Of a stretch of DNA of 64,000 nt, positions 63,460-64,000 are shown piece by piece. Under the pieces are notes generated by a model that saw only the letters and a list, made by a program, of their open reading frames with translations, was not told where the DNA came from and did not search any database. Numbering within the stretch: position 1 is the first letter of the stretch; each line of letters begins with the position of its first letter. The position numbers were made by a program, and so were the translations under genes. Source of the DNA: Isurus oxyrinchus (Eukaryota); the NCBI GenBank assembly GCA_026770705.1, contig JANJGN010000038.1:9114001-9178000 (forward strand), in the 5' to 3' direction.

Positions 63460-64000
63460 TGTCGAGTTAATGAGTTCTTTGGAACGAGTGCTGATCACTC
63501 ATTGATTGGAAACGTTTAAAAGCTCCACCAGAAGCAGCGGAGTGAGAATTTAAGTTTCACCTCAAGAGCTGGAAAACATCACACTTGGTTCAATGGAGTG
63601 AGAGAATGAAGGAAGAGGAGAGGAGAGAAGGGCTGGTTGCAAAGCACTGACTATAGAAAGGTTGGTGTGAGGCAAAATATGGGTGGGAGAAGAAAGAATT
63701 TTGCTGCCTACTGTTTGCACTGACACAAATATCACTCCTGATGGATCAACCAATCACCACTGTTCTTTGAAAGCAGCATGCCCGGCTTAAAGGCCTCTTT
63801 TTCTGCTGCGAATTTCTACAATTTTATGTTTCGCAACAGCACAGGTCATTCTGCCATTTTGTAACCCACTCGAGAGAGATGTACTTTCTTACCTTGTATT
63901 TGGCTCTTTTGAAACTGAAACACGGAGCAAATTCAGTGAGTTTTCTTGTCATTTCCAGCACGAGATTTGTCACGAGACTAAATGAGCGACACATTAATGG

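Overview
Vertebrate genomic DNA from a cartilaginous fish (shark-like). The core is one complete, unrearranged immunoglobulin heavy-chain minilocus on the + strand (10139-29158), organised L-VH-(12)D1(22)-(12)D2(12)-JH-Cmu1-Cmu2-Cmu3-Cmu4/secretory tail-TM1-TM2, with intact recombination signals (RSS) and splice sites. The constant exons are clearly IgM (mu). The V segment looks IgW-type from recalled family motifs, which would make this a germline IgW-V/IgM-C chimeric cluster. An assembly gap (16371-16525) lies between JH and Cmu1, so a misjoin must be excluded first. The cluster is bracketed by diverged direct copies of a ~27-bp minisatellite plus CTCF-like module. It is followed by ~33 kb of segmentally duplicated tRNA genes and pseudogenes, in which only tRNA-Asn(GTT) looks fully intact. 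CR1/L2-type LINE fragments and Penelope-like elements are interspersed; the short Penelope-type termini carry minimal hammerhead-ribozyme motifs. No database searches were possible, so family assignments rest on recalled motifs, and repeat boundaries are approximate.
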